Positions 49,650 through 60,938 of a stretch of 64,000 bases of DNA are shown here, piece after piece. Within the stretch, counting starts at the first letter, position 1, and every line of letters starts with the position of its first letter. The stretch is from Albugo candida (Eukaryota). The stretch lies in assembly GCA_040437565.1 (NCBI GenBank), contig JBDOQK010000012.1:248001-312000 (forward strand), in the 5' to 3' direction. Below the pieces are notes generated by a model. The model saw nothing but the letters and a program-made list of their open reading frames with translations, was not told where the DNA came from and did no database searches. Position numbers and translations under genes: made by a program.

Positions 49650-52600
49650 ATGACAGACCCGAGAGCGTCAGAAGAGTATCAATGGTTACCAAGTACGTTG
49701 ACATGTCTAGAAAGAGGATCACTCTTAATACGGAGAATCAATTCTGATCGACTGGCGCTCGACCCAAGACTTATCACGTTGTATCAAATGCCTTCCAGCA
49801 AAACGAATGATTTGGAGGAGAAGGAATGCATGCAAGAAGAGCACAAAGAAGGAGATGACGGCATACATTCTTCCGATCAATTTAGTACTAATCCGCTGGA
49901 TATAAATCAAGAAGAATCGGACGATACTGACGAAAGTTTTGAGCATCTCGAAATCGATCCACTTTACGATAAATCGCAATTGAAGCACACAAAGTCGCAA
50001 CCGGCTAATCGTCTAGTCGTATGGACACATCGATTTCATGAGACGCTACAAAACTCGCTTCAGGCTGCTTTGTTTGCAAAACATTCTCCAGAGGATGGGG
50101 TCTTATTATCGATCGCCCCACGGTACGAGCAGATCGTGATGTTGAAGACGCGATATCATGAACCTTTTGTAGCATTTTTTGTGTGGCTCCTTGGTATATG
50201 AAAACTTTGGAACGATTGTTTATCCCACGGAGCTCAGCACGAGTTTGGAATGCTGCATCAAAACTGCTTGTTCAGATGGATTCGATCATTGAGAAGCGGT
50301 ACGCTTTATTCAGAGCATTATCTATCCGTGCTGATACCACACCGATACCACTTAATAGCTTTGATGGAAATGCGTGTGTCTTTGACTGTGGTCTTGTAGA
50401 CGGTATCAAACGATTGTATGACAAGTCGCTAGTGTATGATGAGTTCTGTGGTGAGTTGTGTAACACGTCGCGTTTTTGCCTGACGTGCGATATCATAGAG
50501 GGGAAAATGGCTTCCATCGCGTATTCTCAGCATCAACTTCCTTCCATGCAGTCTGCGTTTGTCATGAGTTCCACCATAGCGTCATGGCTTGCATCATCAG
50601 AATCTAGTATCGCCATTATAATAGCTCCAGACAACCAGCAATTGAGTGTGTATGCAACATGCTGCGCCATATATTGCATGCCACAAAGAAAAATTCCGGC
50701 CAATGTGGGCACAGAGATATTCGAGATGTGAGATGATGCGCTCAATTTGTAGATGATAGACTGATTGTGTGATTTGTTGTTTGCAGATATCAACATCAAA
50801 TTTGTAATGCTGAAAGTTGGCCATCCAAGTTGCAACGTACATTCAGTGTCATCGAAGCTAGGAATTTGCTGTATTACAATGCTTTGCCTAGACCCCAAAC
50901 ACGCTTTATCATGGACTTTCAGACCTTGCTTGATTGGAGAGATGAACTGGTGGAGAAAAGTGTTGCCATTCATCCACTTGATTCCATATACCGCCTCAAT
51001 GGATGTGCTATTGTCATTGCGAGCCAGCCCATTTATATTCATGATTTGACCATTTTTGCATGTGGAGTACACGCACAAAGGCTTTCCAACTCTCTGGCGA
51101 ACGGAAATGGAGTCTCTGAACACTCAAACGATGACGATTTGGAAGAGAAAGCAGCTTTTTCTTACGAGGAAGCAGGAGTGTATCGTCCATATTTCGTGCT
51201 GCAGAACGAATCAGGGCTTCTATTCTCCAGCTTGGTCAGAGGCGTGAGGGATATAAAGATGGACATGACGTCGCATTCTTTCGCTGTGATGAAGAGTATG
51301 GAACGGTGTGCCGATTTCACACTGCGTATGTACCATCTGCCACGCGGAGATAAAGGAAAGCACTTACTTGAATGCCGGCTACATTCAACTTTGTTGCTGG
51401 AAAAGCAGCTACCAAATAACGACGGGACTTTTGAGATATTGCTGACCTTGAAGAATGGAGACTTTGACTCTGTTTCAGCTTCACATCGACTGCCCTCAGA
51501 TTTTACGATAAGTTTACGATATGGTAGACGCAAAGAAGATTTTCCCCCTGAGCAGAGCAGCTCGTCCGAAGATGATGACGATCATCAGGACGAGTATTCT
51601 TACCCCTTTGACGCTAATCAAGGAGGTCAACAATCTTGGCAGACTATCTCGGAATATCCATTAAAAGAAGCGGAGTACGACGGTCCATCGTCAGTGTCAT
51701 TTCCATTTGATGAGCATGTGCATTCATATCACGGCGATGCGTTTCTTGAAAAGATTGATGTTGTTCGACGAGTTTGCCAGGGTCGAGGAGAGCTTTTTCT
51801 GGTGGCACATGTTTTATTATTGGAGCCTTCAGAACGGCAATTGTTTCCGATTTACCAGCTCTTTGAATTTGTATTACCAGAGGCTATATACTTCCAGCTC
51901 AAAGAAATGGGAGCGAGTCAAGGCGTTTTGGATGCGATCGGATCGAGTCGACGGCTAATCTCAGGTAAGAACTCTCTTGATTGAAATTCTCGATGCCAAG
52001 CAAAGTATCTTTCTTCTAGAGATGACATTTGATGAACGGTATGCACGCTGGCTGCAGCATCTGTACGACAATGACGCAAGTACGCTGCGCCTTGATAGTA
52101 ATGCAATGCTTCTCACGTTCACTTGCTTCTATGTATCAGATATCATGGATCCGATGTTAGATGCTGAGGTTCGTGAAATCTTTCGATGAAATGGTCATTC
52201 TCTTATCGAATCGCTTTATAGACGTGTCGAGCAATTGCAAGTGGAGATATTCCACCACCAAACGAGTTCTGTGTGGGCGCATTTCGAACGGGAGTGACCG
52301 GGTCTTCGGACCAGCTTAGTCGATCAACTTTGTCCAATAGCACTCGAAAAGTGTACGTCACGCTGCATGGTGATGAAATTGTGTCTTATGGCTCAATTCC
52401 CTCAGTCGTGGAGCAACCCAGTCGCTCATTGATCAGCTTCCAACATATCGGTTCTCCGCTGTTCAGTTCGTAGAACAAAAGCTCCCCAAAGCGAAAAATC
52501 CAGAGTTTGTGACTGCTTCTCGTCGATATAAACCCCATCTCATTCTTCTCCCCCGTTTGTAGCTGTTTGATTTGTAGGAGCACTTTTCGGGAAGGTGACA

Positions 52601-52716
52601 ATGTCAAATCGCTTCCGTGTTTCCATTCGTACCACAGGCAATGTGTCGACGCGTGGCTATCACTCAACAAAGTGTGTCCATTATGTCAGTTCAGCATCGA
52701 TCATACGATACAATGA
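49650..52716 (+). CDS. PTEN/tensin-like (degenerate phosphatase plus C2) protein with a C-terminal RING-H2 finger, multi-exon
   Basis: QLPSMQSAFVMSSTIASWL, PSxQRT, RPYFVLQNESGLLFSS, DFTLRMYH, ECRLHST, DFTISL; last exon CLICRSTF..LPCFHSYHRQCVDAWLSLNKVCPLCQ. Confidence 0.68.
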
Positions 52717-55635
52717 GTCGGAATGTGAGCCTGTGAATCAGGCTCTTGCTTTGCATGGTTTTTAGTAAGAACAACTACTCTGAATTGTGGACGGAAGGAA
52801 TTTTGGTGACTGGCCACTTCATGTCTGGATGTGCACGGTAGACGACAGTCATTCTCGCGCATGACACGGAGCAGGGAAATGTCACTTTTTTATGCGAGAG
52901 AAATTGTAGTATTACAGGGAACATAAGGGATACGGTAGTCTATCTCGATGGAAACTTTGAATTTAATTATTTGCGCGCCATTTGTAACTTCAACAAAGGA
53001 ATCTAAAATATTACTGATTGATACGGTAGGCGTATACAGTACTATACTTATTAGTATACATCTTGATTTCTCCAGAATGAATGTGGTTGGAATCCAAGGA
53101 GAGAGCGATTGGAATACGCAATTAAGTAAAGCCGGAGGGAAACTCGTCGTAGCAGATTTCTCAGCTACATGGTATCATACAAATCATACCGTTTTGAGTA
53201 GCAAACGATATCATAGTGATATATAGGTGCGGCCCGTGTCAATACATCAAGCCGATCTTTGAGAACTTTAGTCGGCAATACACCGACGTTGTGTTCTTAA
53301 ACGTATACTTTTATCATATTACATAGGTGATCTCAATATTCACTAATTTACAATTCTGTAGGTGGATGAGGCACAAAATCGATCATTGATCCAGTCTTTA
53401 GGTACGCTACATCTCAACCCCCGCAGAATCTCATCGCTACGGAACAGGTGTGCGTGGATTCCCAACGTTTCAATTGTATATCAATAAATCAAAAGTGGAT
53501 GAATTGGTTGGCGCTGACACAAATTCGCTGCGTGATAAAATCGAACAATGGCGTCAATCCGCATTCAATCCGTTTGCATCGGCAGGAGTGTCGCTGGGTG
53601 GACAATCAGCTTTTTCGGAAGATCCACGAGAAGCTCGACTTAAACGGTTGGCGAAGATGGACGCATCTGCTAAGAATACTGATATCGTGTGCGATGCAAG
53701 TGGCTCCTGTCGACTCCCTTCAGAATATGAAGCCGGAAATGCGGAAGATTTGGGAAAAACTCTGAGCGAAGAATTTCTCACTCAGTTGAAAGAAATGGGA
53801 TTTACACAAATTCGAGCACAGAAAGCGTTATTAGCGACCGGATCCGAAGGACTTGAGGCTGCTATAAATTGGATTGGAGAGCACCAAGAAGACCCTGATA
53901 TTGACGAACCCATATCAAATTCAGCTTGTGNNNNNNNNNNNNNNNNNNNNNNNNNNNNNNNNNNNNNNNNNNNNNNNNNNNNNNNNNNNNNNNNNNNNNN
54001 NNNNNNNNNNNNNNNNNNNNNNNNNNNNNNAACTTTGTCCAATAGCACTCGAAAAGTGTACGTCACGCTGCATGGTGATGAAATTGTGTCTTATGGCTCA
54101 ATTCCCTCAGTCGTGGAGCAACCCAGTCGCTCATTGATCAGCTTCCAACATATCGGTTCTCCGCTGTTCAGTTCGTAGAACAAAAGCTCCCCAAAGCGAA
54201 AAATCCAGAGTTTGTGACTGCTTCTCGTCGATATAAACCCCATCTCATTCTTCTCCCCCGTTTGTAGCTGTTTGATTTGTAGGAGCACTTTTCGGGAAGG
54301 TGACAATGTCAAATCGCTTCCGTGTTTCCATTCGTACCACAGGCAATGTGTCGACGCGTGGCTATCACTCAACAAAGTGTGTCCATTATGTCAGTTCAGC
54401 ATCGATCATACGATACAATGAGTCGGAATGTGAGCCTGTGAATCAGGCTCTTGCTTTGCATGGTTTTTAGTAAGAACAACTACTCTGAATTGTGGACGGA
54501 AGGAATTTTGGTGACTGGCCACTTCATGTCTGGATGTGCACGGTAGACGACAGTCATTCTCGCGCATGACACGGAGCAGGGAAATGTCACTTTTTTATGC
54601 GAGAGAAATTGTAGTATTACAGGGAACATAAGGGATACGGTAGTCTATCTCGATGGAAACTTTGAATTTAATTATTTGCGCGCCATTTGTAACTTCAACA
54701 AAGGAATCTAAAATATTACTGATTGATACGGTAGGCGTATACAGTACTATACTTATTAGTATACATCTTGATTTCTCCAGAATGAATGTGGTTGGAATCC
54801 AAGGAGAGAGCGATTGGAATACGCAATTAAGTAAAGCCGGAGGGAAACTCGTCGTAGCAGATTTCTCAGCTACATGGTATCATACAAATCATACCGTTTT
54901 GAGTAGCAAACGATATCATAGTGATATATAGGTGCGGCCCGTGTCAATACATCAAGCCGATCTTTGAGAACTTTAGTCGGCAATACACCGACGTTGTGTT
55001 CTTAAACGTATACTTTTATCATATTACATAGGTGATCTCAATATTCACTAATTTACAATTCTGTAGGTGGATGAGGCACAAAATCGATCATTGATCCAGT
55101 CTTTAGGTACGCTACATCTCAACCCCCGCAGAATCTCATCGCTACGGAACAGGTGTGCGTGGATTCCCAACGTTTCAATTGTATATCAATAAATCAAAAG
55201 TGGATGAATTGGTTGGCGCTGACACAAATTCGCTGCGTGATAAAATCGAACAATGGCGTCAATCCGCATTCAATCCGTTTGCATCGGCAGGAGTGTCGCT
55301 GGGTGGACAATCAGCTTTTTCGGAAGATCCACGAGAAGCTCGACTTAAACGGTTGGCGAAGATGGACGCATCTGCTAAGAATACTGATATCGTGTGCGAT
55401 GCAAGTGGCTCCTGTCGACTCCCTTCAGAATATGAAGCCGGAAATGCGGAAGATTTGGGAAAAACTCTGAGCGAAGAATTTCTCACTCAGTTGAAAGAAA
55501 TGGGATTTACACAAATTCGAGCACAGAAAGCGTTATTAGCGACCGGATCCGAAGGACTTGAGGCTGCTATAAATTGGATTGGAGAGCACCAAGAAGACCC
55601 TGATATTGACGAACCCATATCAAATTCAGCTTGTG
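52326..55635. other. Assembly overlap: 1605 bp duplicated across N gap 53931-54030
   Basis: Exact repeat at the gap. Confidence 0.9.
53077..53930 (+). CDS. Trx-UBA-PUB gene, truncated copy before the gap (assembly overlap)
   Basis: Identical to 54782-55635. Confidence 0.55.
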
Positions 55636-56360
55636 CAAATGCCACAAAGGTCCTGACAGAAGAAGAGAAAGCACAAAAGTTGGCCGCTTTAGAGGCAAAA
55701 ATCGAAGAAAGAAGGCGGGAGCGAATTGAGAAGGAGAAACAGGAAAAAATACAGAATGAGATCAAACGACGTACGACAGGAAGAGATATGCAGAAAGCAC
55801 GTGATGAAATTGAGGATATACAAAGAAAAATCGCCGTCGATAAGCTGAAGAAAGAGAGGGAACAAGTCAAAATAGAACGGGAGCGTATACGAAAGCAATT
55901 TGAAATGGACAAACTCGAACGTCGTGCACGTGGCGGAAAGCTTACCGGTGCGCCATTTGAGCTTCCGGTTGAAAGTGCGCAAACTGAAACAAAGGCTCAA
56001 GAAAGTACCGAACCAAAACCACAGCTTTCTCCGAAAGAACAGATTGCAACAAGTATCGAGAAATTGAAGCAATATCGAATTGGTGATGACGGTCTCACAG
56101 CTTTGAAAACATTGAATATGTACCTTAAAAACTTGATCGAACAACCCGATGAAGAAAAGTTTCGAAGCATCAATCTGGACAATGCAGCGGTCCGAAAGCG
56201 TGTTGCAAGCTTGGTGGGTGGTATCGCGTTTCTCAAAGCGCTGGGTTACGAAAAAGATGAAAGCGATAATACTTTGAAACTCAACATCGAAAAACGCGAT
56301 ATGGAGCTATTAAAGCATGCAAAAACCAGCACAGAGTCAGCAATTGCCGCTCTTACCTGA
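54782..56360 (+). CDS. Thioredoxin-UBA-PUB domain protein (putative p97/Cdc48 cofactor), 4 exons
   Basis: VVADFSATW|CGPC across intron 1, GFPTFQLY; UBA LKEMGFTQIRAQKAL..AINWI; coiled coil; PUB LKNLIEQPDEEKFRSINLDN..FLKALGY. Confidence 0.88.
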
Positions 56361-56415
56361 TGCTGTTGCCTCGGTCAACTACGTCTCGATGTTACATGAT
56401 TTTGATCGGGAATGG

Positions 56416-57795
56416 CTAAAATGAAAAAAATTTGCCAAAGAAAGAAGATCGTAAAGGCGGCGCCACTTTTTCGGTCGCTTCGCTCGTTTCTTGTGATTGT
56501 GATCGCGTGTCTTTCGCACTAGAAACAACTTCTGATCGCTGAATAGGTATGGGTGGCGAGATTACATCCGTTTGTATCCCTGAAACGATGATGGTCACCT
56601 GAACAGATCCTTCCATCGACTGGTCGTAGCAAGTTCCAAAAATGATATTTGCGTCTTCCGCAACGCGACTACGAATGACTTGCATGATATCATCAACCTC
56701 ATGCAATCTTAAATCCTCTCCGCCACGTATAGTGACCAGCAAGCCAGACGCGCTTTCCATGGGTAAGTCGCCAAGTAATGGATTGATCAATGCTTGTTCC
56801 GCAGACTGCAGAGCTCGGAGAGAAGGCACCTTCGAACTCCCAGAGCCCATAATTGCTCGTCCCGCATTCGACAGAATCGTATTGATGTCTGCAAAATCCA
56901 GATTGATTAATCCTGGCCGTAGGATGAGATCTGTCACTCCTTTGACTCCTTCCAACAAAACATCATCCGCATAACGGAATGCCTCCATGATAGTCGTCTT
57001 CTTGGTCGAAAGTGCCAGCAGATTCTGATTAGGAACAACAATCAGCGTGTCAACAATCTTTCCGAGCTCTTTCACGCCAGCATTCGCTACTCGGGTACGA
57101 TTAGGTCCTTCCGACCGGAAAGGAGTGCTTACAACCCCAACTGTGAGAATGCCCATCTCCTTTGCGATACCAGCGATAACTGGGGCAGCACCAGTGCATG
57201 TTCCTCCTCCCATACCACCAGTGATAAACAACATGTTACTATCCTTCAAAACCGATTCAATTTCATTTCGTTCAAGCTCTGCTGAGGCTCGTCCAAGCTC
57301 GGGCTTGGATCCTGCGCCAAGTCCCTTTGTGATTGGCTTTCCAAGAGTTATTTTACGAGAAGCCATTGACCGTCCAAGAGCTTGACAATCGGTATTGGCA
57401 ACAACAAATTCCACTCCTTCCAACTGGGAGAGAATCATATTATTTACTGCATTGCTTCCAGCGCCTCCTAAGCCCATAACTGTAATTAACGGTTTTCCCT
57501 CTTTGTACGTTCGCGGATTTGATTTCGTGTAAGGATACTGAGAGTGACGGATTTGAGCCTCATCTCGTCGTAACCTCACGCTGGATAGAGACTGTTTGGT
57601 GCGATTTTCGGGAGTTATTCGGGCAAACGATACGTTTGGATTTTCGAATTTTTTGCGCGTTTTCCTATCGTTATGTGTGTAATCTCCATTGATTTTTCGA
57701 TCGGAATGCGTTGAGGAATGTGTGGCAGCGACGAAAGCTCGAAAAACGCGCGTCGTAACGCGTTTGTTCGAAGCTCGAACGCGATGTAGTTCCAT
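56416..57795 (-). CDS. ftsZ: Nucleus-encoded mitochondrial division protein FtsZ
   Basis: GLGGAGSNAVNNM, ANTDCQAL, GLGAGSKPELG, GMGGGTCTGAAP, PFRSEG, GLINLDFAD; Arg/Ser-rich, acid-poor N-terminal extension (presequence-like). Confidence 0.95.
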   Translation of the reverse strand: MELHRVRASNKRVTTRVFRAFVAATHSSTHSDRKINGDYTHNDRKTRKKFENPNVSFARITPENRTKQSLSSVRLRRDEAQIRHSQYPYTKSNPRTYKEGKPLITVMGLGGAGSNAVNNMILSQLEGVEFVVANTDCQALGRSMASRKITLGKPITKGLGAGSKPELGRASAELERNEIESVLKDSNMLFITGGMGGGTCTGAAPVIAGIAKEMGILTVGVVSTPFRSEGPNRTRVANAGVKELGKIVDTLIVVPNQNLLALSTKKTTIMEAFRYADDVLLEGVKGVTDLILRPGLINLDFADINTILSNAGRAIMGSGSSKVPSLRALQSAEQALINPLLGDLPMESASGLLVTIRGGEDLRLHEVDDIMQVIRSRVAEDANIIFGTCYDQSMEGSVQVTIIVSGIQTDVISPPIPIQRSEVVSSAKDTRSQSQETSEATEKVAPPLRSSFFGKFFSF

Positions 57796-58052
57796 TATGC
57801 CGCTATTTTTGTCTCATTGGCTAAAATACAAGAAACTCTATGATTGCATATTAAGACTTCTTAATATACTACAGCGATTGAAGATTGAAGTTCGGGTACC
57901 TACAGTTAGATTATCCACATCAAATCGCGACTCAATNNNNNNNNNNNNNNNNNNNNNNNNNNNNNNNNNNNNNNNNNNNNNNNNNNNNNNNNNNNNNNNN
58001 NNNNNNNNNNNNNNNNNNNNNNNNNNNNNNNNNNNNCACATCAAATCGCGAC

Positions 58053-59765
58053 TCAATTAGGAAGATAATTGCCTACCAAATGCTCGGCATTTAATGGAAT
58101 CATTGTTTCAACTGTAGCGTTTTCCGAGCTTGAACTGTACGATGTCGCAAGCTCTTCTTGAACCTTTTCTTCCTTGATACCCATTTCACACGCATCAGAG
58201 CCATAATATGTCTTTTGTGACGATTCTTCACCCGTCCACTGTTCCATGAAACCTTCGGTAATGGAATCTTCTTTCTCATCCTGCGAATCAATTTGCGGCA
58301 GCAAGAAAGCGTGCTTTCCAATCACACCGATACCCAGTATCTTTTCTGGAATGAAATCGCCATTCGCCTACAAATTAGTTCACACATTAGAGCTAATTGA
58401 GCAGCCAACAACACCTTTTGACACTGACAGCATAATTCTGTATCAATAATTTGGTGCACTCTTTGCCATTGTTTTCGTGAAGAATTTGTATCGCGTCGGA
58501 GAAATCGACTTGATCAATGCGGATATCATTCACTGCAACAATGTGATTATTCGGACTGATATCAACCCATTCGATGGACGCATCTTCTTTAGATACTCCA
58601 ATTCGTTTGAGAAGTATCAATGGCTGATCCAAAAACTCGAATTCAGGAATACTTTCGACTTCAAGTACTCGATTGTATAGAAAGAGTTCATACTGGACAA
58701 TCTCATTGACTAAAGATTGAATGATCGCATTGCAGCCACTCGCGACAACTTTGCGTGAAATCCGATTGATATCTGAACAGCTTTGTTAACTTTTGGTAGA
58801 AATGTTGAATCGACATACCGCTTTGGACGTAGACAAAATGCAATGTGCTTCCACAAGGAATATTACAAAGACGGATAGATATACATCCACGACTTCCGCG
58901 TGGTATAAAGTGATATGAGCCAATTTCCACATCTAAAGAGCCTCGTAATGTATACAAAATCTGAATATAGTCTTTACTTGAGTGATCCGCGGGTACATCA
59001 TACTCGACTACATGCAGGCAATGAGCATATAAACGCCAGCAAGGTGATCTTCCTACTGTTCACATTCGCATTCTTCTCCACTTGGCGACCTAATTCCAAT
59101 TTTGTAATACCACTAGAGCGAAATGAAAACGCTTGTATCTTATAAGGACTATCATCCGTTATCGCATCCAAAATCGCTTTGACTTCAGAAATCTCTTCAT
59201 TCCATTTCTTTCTATGTCCCGGTACAATAAAGTCCTACGACACAAACAGATCATACAAAGATCAAGATCTCGTGCTGGTCGAATTTACTTGTGGAAGCAG
59301 GCCAAAGTGATCACGGATGGTCTTGGCACCCTCGTGAATTAGCATTCGAACAGCCACTGCATCGCTCGTGTGGCACGCGAAATGTAATGCTGTCCTTCCA
59401 TTCTCATCTTGATGATTGATGTTCGCGAGTCGCTGCAAAAACAAGTGCAGGATATGTATTTTTCGTGATGCATACGTGTGCGGAATCCTCTGTCTATCCC
59501 TATGTCTGTTGAGTATCTCTGTGGTCTCTTCTTCTCCACCGGAATCGGATACTTCCTGGTCGCTAATCTCACATAATACTTCCTCTTGACTCTCCTCTTG
59601 GTCACCTTCCAGTGGTAATGCCGCGGTCACCAGAAGCGGAGTGCGTCCAAACTCGTCCTGAGACTCTATTTCACCGCATTCGCTATCATTCAAGTCTAAA
59701 ATTCGTATCACAGAATGTATATCGCGAGCAGCACAAGCACTCAAAAGCGTGGCACGATTCCCCAT
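58053..59765 (-). CDS. Ankyrin-repeat protein, multi-exon, possible PDZ-like C-terminal region
   Basis: QDEFGRTPLL, NHQDENGRTALHFAC, RDHFGLLP; HIVAVNDIRIDQVDFSDAIQIL is PDZ-like; MGNRAT fits the N-myristoylation pattern; exon structure uncertain. Confidence 0.65.
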
Positions 59766-59850
59766 ACGGTCTGAACAATCGCAGCCAAAAGTACACTTAT
59801 TTGCATACAAATTTCAAGTATATAACTTGGCTTCTACGGTGATTAACCTC

Positions 59851-60907
59851 ATGTTGCGCGTGCATCCGAGGTACTTGGAGCTTTTTACCACTCATGTCAG
59901 GAGCTAAACACGCATAGAGCAGCTGTATTGTCCGAATTGGCAGCACAGTGCCCATTTTGCTGGTTTTGAGCATTATACTGATAGAATGTTACCTCTACTG
60001 GACAGCATACCTTCTCTCCACCTGCTTTACGGAATCCGTAGTCTCTCGGGTCTTCCATGCGCTCATTTTCCATTACTTTTTGCTTCTCGTAATGCTCTGT
60101 TATGTCCGTGTGGCGCTCACAGGTGCATATCGCCATCATAACGCTCAAACGCTCTCTTCTTCCTTTTCTGATACAGATCCTGGATACCTGACCGCTACTC
60201 TATTGGATGTGCTCAACGATGCGCTCAGTAGCACGCTGGAAAAAGACAATATGGACCCATTTCACTTCCGAAAGCTTCTAGAATGCCGAAAATGCAAACA
60301 GCCCAAGCCTTTGAGGACGCATCATTGCTCCTTTTGCAACAAATGTGTCTTGAAAATGGGTACGCACAAAACACTCGTTGTATACGAATGCTCATGCTGT
60401 TTTTCAGATCATCATTGTCCGTGGGTCGCCAACTGCGTTGGGCTCTGTAACTACAAATTCTTCCTTCAGTTTATCGCATACGCTTTGATTGCTAGCATCA
60501 TGCTCATGGAGAAGCTTTTTACAAGATTTGAGCATTCGGTATGGAGTCTACAGCGCAATAAACGCATTAAAGACCTCATGGAGCTCTCGGCGTTTGAATT
60601 TATGGCGTATGTGATCGCAATTGCGGTTGGATGCAGCATATTGTTACTTTTCATAACGCATATATATTTGATTATCTATGGATTCACGACCATCGAATGT
60701 CATTCTATCCTGAGTCATTCGCGCTATTCGCGCGGCTGGAAACGTAATTTGAGCGATGTATTTGGAGATCGCATTGTCGATTGGTTTTTCCCGACTAAAA
60801 ATACGCACTTGGCGTCCAATTTCTTACTCAGCGCAATTCATTTCGACTATCGGAACGCAATCGAAAACTTGGACGATCTTACTGACGAAGAACACAGTTT
60901 ACTGTGA
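59851..60907 (+). CDS. DHHC palmitoyl acyltransferase
   Basis: TDPG, CRKCKQPKPLRTHHCSFCNKCVLKM|DHHCPWVANCVGLCNYKFF, TTIE, YSRGWKRNLSDVFG; start inferred via a short first exon. Confidence 0.92.
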
Positions 60908-60938
60908 GAAGAAATCGGTTGATCGCTTTTTTGGAAGC

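Noticed and set aside
52326-55635. Duplicated RING exon and Trx-UBA gene, and chimeric ORF 53450-54178
   Set aside because: Exact overlap around an N gap; the ORF only reads through Ns
56416-57795. Bacterial contamination or recent HGT suggested by intronless ftsZ
   Set aside because: Has a presequence-like extension, lies among intron-containing eukaryotic genes, and no dcw-cluster neighbours are present
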